Of a DNA stretch of 11,585 nucleotides, positions 1 through 7,230 are shown piece after piece. Source of the stretch: Myxococcales bacterium (GTDB lineage: Bacteria; Myxococcota_A; UBA9042); NCBI GenBank assembly GCA_037441385.1, contig JBBISH010000161.1, positions 1-11,585 of the forward strand, written 5' to 3'. Both the position numbers and the translations under genes were made by a program. The notes beneath the pieces are model-generated. The model saw only the letters and a program-made list of their open reading frames with translations. It did not search any database and was not told the origin of the DNA. Numbering within the stretch: position 1 is the stretch's first letter; the number at the start of each line of letters is the position of its first letter.

Positions 1-1305
1 CCAGTTGCTGCAACCCCCGGCGCCGCCCCCAAGATCTGGCCGCGCGACCAAAGCTGGCCCAAGACCGGCAAAGTGCTCAACTTGCCTCTGCTCGACGTGC
101 AGGCGGCACTGCCCGCCCAGTCGCCCAATACCTACGAGGTGCTGCCCGAGCTGCCCGGCGACGGCCGCGACTCGCACCTGACGCGCCTGAAGCGCACCAG
201 CCCCGGCGCCGAGCTGGAGATCACCATCCGCTTCACCGGGTTGCAGATGTCGTCGATCTTCGACCCGTGCGGCGACCTGTGGCAGGACTTCCCCGGCGTC
301 GCCGAAGTGGAACGCGACGGCCGCTGGGCCCCGCGCTTCAACAGCAAGATGGGCCGCCTGGGCCAGACCACCATCGCCTGCGTCGCGCTCAAGCAAGACA
401 AGCGCATGGTCTACACCGAGTTCCACGCCGAGACGTCGACCCACTACATCCACGGCCGCAAGTACCAGAACGCCCCGTCCGTCGGCGCCGCCTTCCAGGT
501 CGCCTACGCGGGTGACTTCAATTCCGAGGATTTCACCCACATTGCAGAGGACTTGGAAGCCTTGGCCGGTGCGGTCCACGAGCGCCACGGCGGCACCGCT
601 GCGCCCGTCGCCGAAGCCTATGCCGCCTACAGCACACTGGGCGGCTTTGACCACGCCAACCTGGGCGGCACCGGCGATCGCCTGCATGGCCTGAAGATTC
701 GCACGGATCTCACGCCGTTCCGCGGCTTCCCCTACTCGGTCATGACCGACATGGGCGTCTGGGGCGGCAACGGCAACGGCGCGATCCTGGACCTGAAACT
801 CGGCCTGGGTTTGGGCTATTTCATCGCCGACGTCGTCGCCCTCTCGGTCCACGGCACCGCCGGCATCGAAGGCGGCGCCAAAGAGACCGGCAAGCTGCCC
901 CTGCTCGTCACCTACGGCGCCAACGCCTCGGTCGCCGTGAACATCACTCAGTATTTCCGGCTCCGCGGCTACGTCATGCCGACCAACGTCTTGATGGGCA
1001 TGGGCGATCCCAAGGCCGGCCAAAAGGCCGTCAAGGACTTCCAGACCAAGAAGTCGCTGTTCGGCTTTGACGAAGTGGCCATCGGCGGCCAGCTGGAGTG
1101 GAGCTTCTTGGGCCGCTCGGCCGCCAACGGCGGCAGCAAAGGCAGCGCGGGCACCGTCTACGTGGGCTTCGAGCAGCGCGAGCAGTTCCTGTCCAAGATG
1201 ACCGGCATCTTCATCGGCTACGGCGCCGCTACCGGCAGCTACCGCGCGCCGTCGATCGATCCGCTGGCCGACCCGCGCGCCGATATGTCGCTGTTCCAGA
1301 AGTAG
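1..1305 (+). CDS. Hypothetical protein, 5'-truncated (>=434 aa); C-terminal half resembles an outer-membrane beta-barrel
   Basis: Frame +1 is open from base 1 (PVAATPGAAPKIWPRDQSWPKTGKVLNL...) to TAG at 1303-1305, so the GTG at 73 need not be the start. Codons mostly end in G/C. Region ~619-1230 has about ten alternating hydrophobic/polar segments (e.g. ILDLKLGLGLGYF, VALSVHGTAGIEG, VTYGANASVAVNI, VAIGGQLEWSF, TVYVGFEQ, TGIFIGYG). No family recognised. Confidence 0.8.
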   Translation, partial: PVAATPGAAPKIWPRDQSWPKTGKVLNLPLLDVQAALPAQSPNTYEVLPELPGDGRDSHLTRLKRTSPGAELEITIRFTGLQMSSIFDPCGDLWQDFPGVAEVERDGRWAPRFNSKMGRLGQTTIACVALKQDKRMVYTEFHAETSTHYIHGRKYQNAPSVGAAFQVAYAGDFNSEDFTHIAEDLEALAGAVHERHGGTAAPVAEAYAAYSTLGGFDHANLGGTGDRLHGLKIRTDLTPFRGFPYSVMTDMGVWGGNGNGAILDLKLGLGLGYFIADVVALSVHGTAGIEGGAKETGKLPLLVTYGANASVAVNITQYFRLRGYVMPTNVLMGMGDPKAGQKAVKDFQTKKSLFGFDEVAIGGQLEWSFLGRSAANGGSKGSAGTVYVGFEQREQFLSKMTGIFIGYGAATGSYRAPSIDPLADPRADMSLFQK

Positions 1306-1341
1306 TCTGCCCCAGCCACCCTGCCAGCCGCCCGGCGCCTG

Positions 1342-1350
1342 TGCTATGGT
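1342..1350 (+). promoter_or_regulatory. Possible extended -10 promoter element (TG-C-TATGGT)
   Basis: TGnTAnnnT match ending 23 nt upstream of the ATG at 1374, in the 68-bp gap after the first CDS. No convincing -35. Confidence 0.35.
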
Positions 1351-1373
1351 GCCCCGGCGGCCCGCGCCGCGGC

Positions 1374-2048
1374 ATGGTGGGCGTGGCGGCATTCGATTCC
1401 AGGAAGTTGCTTTGGCTGCGCGTCGCCCTGGTGGCGGCGGTCTTGGCCTTTCTGCTGATTTCGTATCAGGCCGGCCTGTTGCAGCTGGTGGCTGAGCCGG
1501 CGCAACTCAAAGCCGCGCTCGTCGCCCAAGGCGCCTGGGGCTGGCTCGGTTTCATCTTGGCCTACGCGGTGTTCCAACCTTTTGGCGTGCCGGGCACCGT
1601 GTTCGTCTTTGCCGCGCCGCTCATCTGGCCGTGGCCCACCGCGTTTGCCTTGTCGATGGTGGGCACCATGGCCGCCAGCGTCATCGGCTTCTCGTTTGCG
1701 CGCTTTGTGGCCCGCGATTGGGTCGCTGCGCGCATTCCGGCCCGCTTTGCGGCCTACGACAAGGCCCTGGCCGAGCGCGGTTTTGCCACGGTGGTGACCC
1801 TGCGCTTTGTATTCTGGATGCCGCAGGTGCTGCATTTCTTCTTGGGCGTATCGCAAGTGTCGTTCGCTACGCACTTTTGGGGCTCGCTGCTGGGCTACCT
1901 GCCACCGCTGCTGGCGACCGCCTACTTTGGCGAACGCGTATTCGAGATGGCCAAGACCCTGTCGCCCTTGGGTTGGCTGGGCCTGCTGGCCGGTTGGGCG
2001 GTGCTCATCGCCACGGCCTGGTGGTGGCAGCGCCGGCAACGGAGGTAG
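1374..2048 (+). CDS. TVP38/TMEM64 family (DedA superfamily, VTT/SNARE_assoc domain) inner-membrane protein, ~224 aa
   Basis: Several hydrophobic segments plus family-typical motifs (FQPFGVPGTVFVFAA; GTMAASVIGFSFARFVARDWV; GFATVVTLRFVFWMP; LGVSQVSFATHFWGSLLGYLP) and a basic tail (WWWQRRQRR). Start reassigned from 1098, which overlaps the upstream CDS, to ATG 1374. GTG 1377 or 1383 are alternatives. Confidence 0.88.
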   Translation: MVGVAAFDSRKLLWLRVALVAAVLAFLLISYQAGLLQLVAEPAQLKAALVAQGAWGWLGFILAYAVFQPFGVPGTVFVFAAPLIWPWPTAFALSMVGTMAASVIGFSFARFVARDWVAARIPARFAAYDKALAERGFATVVTLRFVFWMPQVLHFFLGVSQVSFATHFWGSLLGYLPPLLATAYFGERVFEMAKTLSPLGWLGLLAGWAVLIATAWWWQRRQRR

Positions 2049-2050
2049 AA

Positions 2051-4132
2051 TTGCGAACGATTTGCTGGCTCTTTGCGGCCTTGGTCCTGGCGGCCGGCTG
2101 TTCGTCCAATCCGGCGTCTAGCTCCAGCCCGGCCGACGCCATTGGCGATACCCTGGCCGACGCGGGCGCCGATGGGGTAGCTGATTCAACTAGTTCCGAC
2201 GCCACGGCCGACGCCGCGGGCTTTGTCTGTCCCGCCGGAGCCGCGCAACCGTGGCCCGAAGAGGCCGCCCCCGATCCCAGCCGCAAGAAATTCGCGATGT
2301 CGCTGTTCCACTTCAACGTGGAGTACGTCATCGGCGGCCTGGAGTGCAGCGACGCCCAGGGCCAGCACCTGTTCATGGACGCGCCCATCAACGCCGGCTG
2401 GGGCGACGCCAAGGTCGAGGATTACATCGTCGACCAAACCTTCCGGCCCCTCTTGGAGATGTACGACAAGCACCCCAACTGGGGCGCGAACTTCGAGCTG
2501 CAAGGCCGGATGATCGAGGTCATCGCCCAGCGCCACCCCAACACGCTGGCCCTGCTGCAGAAACTCGCCTGGCGCGGCCAAGTCGAACTGGTCAGCTTCC
2601 ACGCCAACGACCAGCTGTTCCTGGCGTTTCCGCGCGAGGACCTGCATCGCTCGATCGCCCGCACCAAGGCGATTTTTGCCAAGGCGTGCCTGCCGCTCTC
2701 GGGTGTCGTCTTTGACCAAGAGGGCCAGGCGGGCGAAGGGCGACAGAAGGTGCTGCTGCAAGAGGGCTACACGCTTGGGGTCTTCCCCAAGAACCTGTTC
2801 AAGTACGTCCACAAGGACGCCGAACAGGGTGGGTTTTGGCCCCTCTACAGCAGCGAGGGCGGCGACCTCATCGTCGCCCCCGGCAGCATTGACCCCGCCA
2901 GCGGCGTCGAAGTGGCCTGGAACTTCTTGGACGACGGCGAGTTGCGTGCCGTGGGCACCACCAACGCGGGTCCCAAGAACCCCTATTTTGCCCCCAGCGC
3001 GCCCACCGATCCGGCGCGGGTCGCCGAGTTCGAGGCGGAGCTGGCCGCCACCGAGAAACAGGGCTTCTACATGGCGCGCGTCAGCGACTATGTCCGCCAT
3101 CTCAAGGCGTTGGGTGTGCAGGCCAAGCCGGCGCCGCCTCTGCTCGACGGCACATGGCAGGCCCCCAGTACCAAAAGCATCCACCGCTGGTTGGGCGGCA
3201 GCGGCGTGCTCGACGCGTTCTACCGCAGCGAAAATGACGACGGCGTGCGCACCGGCAATGTGCGCGCCCGGCACTTGGCCTTGGTGGCCAGCCAGTTGGC
3301 GCAGGCGGGCGTGGGTCAGGTCAAGGTGGACGCCGCCCAGGCCGATGCGCTGTGGCAGCAGGTGTGGCGCGCGCAAGTGAGCGATACGTCTGGGGTCAAC
3401 CCGTGGTACTGCGAGACGGCGTTTGGCATGGACACCAACGCCAAGGTCATTGCCGGGGCGCAGGCGCTGCTGGACGCCGCGGCCCTGAAGGCACCCGCGT
3501 GGGACACCGCTACTCAAAGCCCATGGCCCAGCGCGGACGCCACCGAACTGCCCATCGACGCAACGATTCTGGGCGGCATCGTGGTGCCCAAGGCGTTGGG
3601 GCCCGTGGCGCCGCCGTTCGACGTCACGGTCACCTCGCTGCAGCGGTCTGCCCAGGTCAGTTGGGAAGCCGTGTCAGTGCAGCGCTACCGCCTGCATGTC
3701 CAGATTGGACTTGCGGATTGTGGCGGCGGCAAGTGCCCGGGCGAGTCGCGCGTGGTGGCGCTGCAAGTGCCGCGCTTGTCCGATACTTTGGAGTATTCTC
3801 CGGGGCTGCTCGACGGCGAATTGCGCAGTTACGCTCTGTCGGCGTTCAGTCTTGCCCAGGACGAGGCTTGGCTGCCGCTGGGCAATGGGTTGCTTGGCCT
3901 TGGCTCGGCTGGGGCCGGCGTCAGTTGGTACCTGATCAAACACACTGCCACCTCGCATTTGTCGGTCCGGGTCGCGCCGGGCAACTCGTCGTATACATTC
4001 CAGGACGAGACGCTGCCCGAAACGGCGCAACGGCATTGGGTGTTCGAGTTGATCCGCGGCACCCCGGCCGACGCGCTGGAGGCAGCCAAAGCCCTTTGCG
4101 TCACGCCGGTCGTGGGCCTCCACAGCAAGTAA
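2051..4132 (+). CDS. Lipoprotein with a divergent glycoside hydrolase family 57 (GH57)-like catalytic domain and a C-terminal beta-rich domain, ~693 aa
   Basis: TTG start at 2051, 5 nt after GGAGG (2041-2045). Signal MRTICWLFAALVLAAG-C (lipobox, Cys at 2099), then an Asp/Ala linker. GH57-like regions: FHFNVEY (2306-2326), FRPLLEMYDKHPNWGANFELQG, LAWRGQVELV, FDQE (2711-2722, nucleophile position), LDDGE (2927-2941, acid/base position), AQVSDTSGVNP (3371-3403). TAA at 4130-4132. Confidence 0.78.
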   Translation: MRTICWLFAALVLAAGCSSNPASSSSPADAIGDTLADAGADGVADSTSSDATADAAGFVCPAGAAQPWPEEAAPDPSRKKFAMSLFHFNVEYVIGGLECSDAQGQHLFMDAPINAGWGDAKVEDYIVDQTFRPLLEMYDKHPNWGANFELQGRMIEVIAQRHPNTLALLQKLAWRGQVELVSFHANDQLFLAFPREDLHRSIARTKAIFAKACLPLSGVVFDQEGQAGEGRQKVLLQEGYTLGVFPKNLFKYVHKDAEQGGFWPLYSSEGGDLIVAPGSIDPASGVEVAWNFLDDGELRAVGTTNAGPKNPYFAPSAPTDPARVAEFEAELAATEKQGFYMARVSDYVRHLKALGVQAKPAPPLLDGTWQAPSTKSIHRWLGGSGVLDAFYRSENDDGVRTGNVRARHLALVASQLAQAGVGQVKVDAAQADALWQQVWRAQVSDTSGVNPWYCETAFGMDTNAKVIAGAQALLDAAALKAPAWDTATQSPWPSADATELPIDATILGGIVVPKALGPVAPPFDVTVTSLQRSAQVSWEAVSVQRYRLHVQIGLADCGGGKCPGESRVVALQVPRLSDTLEYSPGLLDGELRSYALSAFSLAQDEAWLPLGNGLLGLGSAGAGVSWYLIKHTATSHLSVRVAPGNSSYTFQDETLPETAQRHWVFELIRGTPADALEAAKALCVTPVVGLHSK

Positions 4133-4199
4133 TACGCACCCCACCTGATTCGCGCCTGTACGACTTTTCTGACCCGTTCTGCAACTGGCGAGAATCAGG

Positions 4200-4300
4200 C
4201 GGGGACCCCGGTTCGGGCCCGAAGAACTGCCCGAGTTTTCGATCCGATTCGGACGGAATTGGTATAACTGCTTGTGAGTGAACCTATTATCGAGTACCTA
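4200..4300. promoter_or_regulatory. Probable regulatory region upstream of the Cys-repeat gene pair: short palindromes plus a relatively AT-rich patch
   Basis: CGGGG-A-CCCCG (4200-4210), TTCGGGCCCGAA (4212-4223) and TCCGA-T-TCGGA (4243-4253), then GGAATTGGTATAACTG...CCTATTAT with -10-like hexamers TATAAC (4263) and TATTAT (4285). No clean -35/-10 pair. Confidence 0.3.
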
Positions 4301-4476
4301 TGCCCCGTCGCGCCAGGCCCACGGGGGCCGGGTGCACCAAGACCCCAGCCAGGTTTGAAATGCGTTGCGTCCACTACCTTCCTGCGTTAGCGTGACGGCC
4401 TCGGCTGCTGTCGCTCTGCTCCCCCCAGACGACGTCGACCCAGCCCAACCAAGGCCGCAAGGCGTGGAGCCGATCT

Positions 4477-7230
4477 ATGGTGGTGCATCGCAAGGGCGCG
4501 GTTCTGCGCCTTGGGTTCGCTTGGGTTGGTTGGCTGCTCGCGACGGGCGGCTGTGGCGATACGGACGCGGTGGTGGGCAGCGAAGCCCTGGCCGGCGACG
4601 TGGGCTCTGGACTAGACGCCCCGGCCGATGCCCAGAAGTCCGACACGCCGGTAGCCGACAGCGCGGTCGCCGATGGCAGCGCGGGCGATGCAACGGCCGA
4701 TGCCGGCTGGGACGACGACGCCCAACCTGCCGACACAGCGCCCAATTGCGACCTGGCAGCCTGCAACGACGACAACCCCTGCACCAGCGATGGCTGTGAC
4801 CCCAGCGGCACTTGTAGCCACACGGCCAACCTGCTCCCGTGCGACGACGGCGATACCTGCAGCCAAGACGACCAGTGCCAGGGCGGCAAGTGCTTGCCCG
4901 GCAAACAGAAGCTCTGCTTCGACGGCAATCCCTGCACCGCCGATACTTGCCAGCCCTCCAGCGGCTGCGTCTTCTTGCCGGCCGCGGCCACCTGCGACGA
5001 TGGAAGTGCCTGCACCCTGGGCGATTCTTGCAGCGGCGGTGTCTGCCTGCCCGGCGTCGCCACCTTGTGCGACGACCAAAACGGCTGCACGGTCGACACC
5101 TGCCAACCCAAGGGCGGCTGCCAGCACACGCCCAGCGCCGGCAGCTGCGACGACGGCGACGCCTGCACGGTCGGCGAGCAATGCCTGAACGGCTATTGCG
5201 CCGGCGGCAAAGCGGCCGAGTGCAGCGACGGCAACCCCTGTACCGACGACGCCTGCGTCGCGCAAATTGGCTGTACCTTCAGCCAGAACCAAGCCCCGTG
5301 CGACGACGGCCTGGCCTGCACCGTGGGCGACGTCTGCAGCAAGGGCGCCTGCAAGCCCGGCGCGGCGGTGGACTGCGACGACGGCAAGCCCTGCACCGTG
5401 GATACCTGCGACGCCAACGGGACTTGCGCGCACACGCCCAGTACGGCCGCTTGCGACGACGGCAACCCCTGCACGGTGAACGAGACCTGCGCCACCGGCA
5501 ACTGCGCGGGCGGCACTGCGGTAGCGTGCAGCGACGGCAACCCTTGCACCATCGACAGTTGCGACCCCAAGGCCGGCTGCGTCTTTGCCCCCACCACCGC
5601 AACCTGCGACGACGGCAACGTCTGCAGCGTGGGCGACGCGTGCAGCGCCGGCATCTGCGCCCCCGGCAGCGCGCTGAACTGCGACGACGGCAACCTGTGC
5701 ACGACCGATACCTGTGACGCCGTCGCAGGTTGCAAGCACGTCGCCAGCACCGTCCCCTGCGACGACGGCAACGCCTGCACCAGTGGCGACCTCTGCGGCG
5801 GCGGCACCTGCCAGCCCGGCACCACCGTGGTCTGCAACGACGGCAACCCCTGCACCGACGACAGCTGCCTGTCGGGCTCGGGCTGCTCCAGCACGCCCAA
5901 CTTGGCGCCGTGCGACGACGGCTCGGTCTGCACGCTAGGCGACAGTTGCCAGGGCGGCGTCTGCCTGCCCGGCGCGGCCAGCCCCTGCAGCGACGGCAAC
6001 GACTGCACGAGCGACGCCTGCGACGCCAAGACCGGCTGCCTGCACTTTGCCAACGCCGCGGCATGCAGCGACGCCAGCGTGTGCACCGTGGGCGACGCCT
6101 GCAAAAACGGAGCCTGTGCGCCGGGCAAAACCATCGTGTGCAACGACGGCAACCCCTGTACCGACGACGCGTGCTTTGCGCTCTTGGGGTGCACGACCTC
6201 GCTCAATACGGCCACGTGCAACGACGGCAACCCGTGCACCGCGAGCGACACGTGCAGCGCCGGCGCCTGCAAGGGCAAGGCGGTCGTGTGCGACGACAAC
6301 AACCCCTGCACGTTTGATTACTGCGACGGCGTCAAGGGTTGCACGGTGTTGGCGCAGCCCGGCCCCTGCGACGACGGCAACGCCTGCACCGTGCAAGATA
6401 CCTGCACGGCCGGCACCTGCGGCGGAAAGCCGCTCATCTGCGACGACGGCAACCCTTGCACCAACGACAGCTGCGACGCCGCCAAGGGCTGCGGTGCCAG
6501 CATCGTTGGCAACGGCGCGCCCTGCGGCGACGGCCTGTGCTTGGTCGGCACCTGCACCATCGGCATCTCCCTCGCCCCGGCCACGTCGTGCAAGCAAATC
6601 CTGGCGCTGATGCCCAAGTCCGTGTCGGGCCTGTACTGGCTCGACACCGACGGCGCGGGCCCGCTGCCCGCCTTCCAAGCCCACTGCGACATGGCCGGCG
6701 ACGGCGGTGGCTGGACACTGGTTCTGAAAATCGATGGTAATTCCGCTCAATTCGCTGGCGAGTCGACTATCTGGGCCGATACGACGCTGGTGAACCCCGA
6801 CAAACCTGACTTTGACCAGCAAGAAGCGCGCTTGCCCGGCTACGGCCAGGTCGCGATGACGGAAGTGCGCGTGGGCATGACCACCACCACGGCGGCTCCG
6901 GCGACCCTGATCCTGCCGCTGCAGGGCTCGTCGATCGGCTACCTGATCAGTCAGGGCAAGCTGATGGCCACCACCGTGGGCCGCAACAAGTGGAAAGCGC
7001 TGCTTCCCGACCCATCGCTGCAGACGCTGTGCAATCAAGAGGGGTTGAACACCATCCGCTGCCGCATCGGCATCAGCACCAACCAAGAAAACGACTGCAA
7101 CTCGACCGACTCGTGGCTGGGGCTGGGCTGCGTGGGCGGCTACGCGGCCGGCAACTTCGCCGATGGCAACTGGTCGCCCGACAACGGCGGCAAGGCGACC
7201 AAGGCCTTTGGCTACGTGTGGGTGCGATGA
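4477..7230 (+). CDS. Cys-rich repeat lipoprotein with a C-terminal fibrinogen-related (CDxxxxGGGW) / USOMP5-like domain, 917 aa
   Basis: GGAG at 4466-4469, ATG 4477. Hydrophobic signal ends LLATGG-C (Cys26, 4552; non-canonical lipobox). Asp-rich linker, then 23 four-Cys repeats (4762-6522). Head domain 6577-7227 starts SCKQIL...SGLYWLD...HCDMAGDGGGWTLVLK, typical of the start of fibrinogen-related domains. Confidence 0.9.
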   Translation: MVVHRKGAVLRLGFAWVGWLLATGGCGDTDAVVGSEALAGDVGSGLDAPADAQKSDTPVADSAVADGSAGDATADAGWDDDAQPADTAPNCDLAACNDDNPCTSDGCDPSGTCSHTANLLPCDDGDTCSQDDQCQGGKCLPGKQKLCFDGNPCTADTCQPSSGCVFLPAAATCDDGSACTLGDSCSGGVCLPGVATLCDDQNGCTVDTCQPKGGCQHTPSAGSCDDGDACTVGEQCLNGYCAGGKAAECSDGNPCTDDACVAQIGCTFSQNQAPCDDGLACTVGDVCSKGACKPGAAVDCDDGKPCTVDTCDANGTCAHTPSTAACDDGNPCTVNETCATGNCAGGTAVACSDGNPCTIDSCDPKAGCVFAPTTATCDDGNVCSVGDACSAGICAPGSALNCDDGNLCTTDTCDAVAGCKHVASTVPCDDGNACTSGDLCGGGTCQPGTTVVCNDGNPCTDDSCLSGSGCSSTPNLAPCDDGSVCTLGDSCQGGVCLPGAASPCSDGNDCTSDACDAKTGCLHFANAAACSDASVCTVGDACKNGACAPGKTIVCNDGNPCTDDACFALLGCTTSLNTATCNDGNPCTASDTCSAGACKGKAVVCDDNNPCTFDYCDGVKGCTVLAQPGPCDDGNACTVQDTCTAGTCGGKPLICDDGNPCTNDSCDAAKGCGASIVGNGAPCGDGLCLVGTCTIGISLAPATSCKQILALMPKSVSGLYWLDTDGAGPLPAFQAHCDMAGDGGGWTLVLKIDGNSAQFAGESTIWADTTLVNPDKPDFDQQEARLPGYGQVAMTEVRVGMTTTTAAPATLILPLQGSSIGYLISQGKLMATTVGRNKWKALLPDPSLQTLCNQEGLNTIRCRIGISTNQENDCNSTDSWLGLGCVGGYAAGNFADGNWSPDNGGKATKAFGYVWVR
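4762..6555 (+). repeat. Intragenic tandem repeat: alternating A (26 aa, C-x5-C-x4-C-x5-C-x8) and B (25 aa, C-x5-C-x5-C-x4-C-x7) units, 12 A + 11 B, ~153-bp period; CDDGNPCT (Dictyostelium CTDC-like) type
   Basis: Counted in the translation from A1 CNDDNPCTSDGCDPSGTCSHTANLLP (4762) to A12 CDDGNPCTNDSCDAAKGC (6439). The last two B units are 24 aa, A12 is 28 aa, and a partial unit CGDGLCLVGTC follows. The DNA core tgc-(gac/aac/agc)-gacggcaacccctgcacc recurs with divergence. Confidence 0.92.

Noticed and set aside
1098..1373. N-terminal extensions in the ORF track (starts 1098, 1631 and 6990)
   Set aside because: Each overlaps the upstream gene with Arg-rich off-frame sequence. Starts at 2051 (SD, lipoprotein signal) and 7227 (ATGA coupling, lipoprotein signal) are well supported, and 1374 puts the first hydrophobic helix near the N-terminus.
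1..2048. Apparent codon-usage shift (first CDS strongly prefers TTC; the next uses TTT often), suggesting an island boundary
   Set aside because: Judged by eye on few codons, and expression level could explain it. There is no integrase, tRNA or att site. GC3 and tetranucleotide profiles would be needed.
4133..4200. Rho-independent terminator after the GH57-like gene (also after 1305 and 11030)
   Set aside because: No GC hairpin directly followed by a U-tract was found at these positions.
4365..4799. 144-aa + strand ORF, and the short ORFs at 10706-11257, 11194-11574 and 11249-11464
   Set aside because: They overlap better-supported genes, the promoter or the inverted-repeat element, and show no recognisable motifs.
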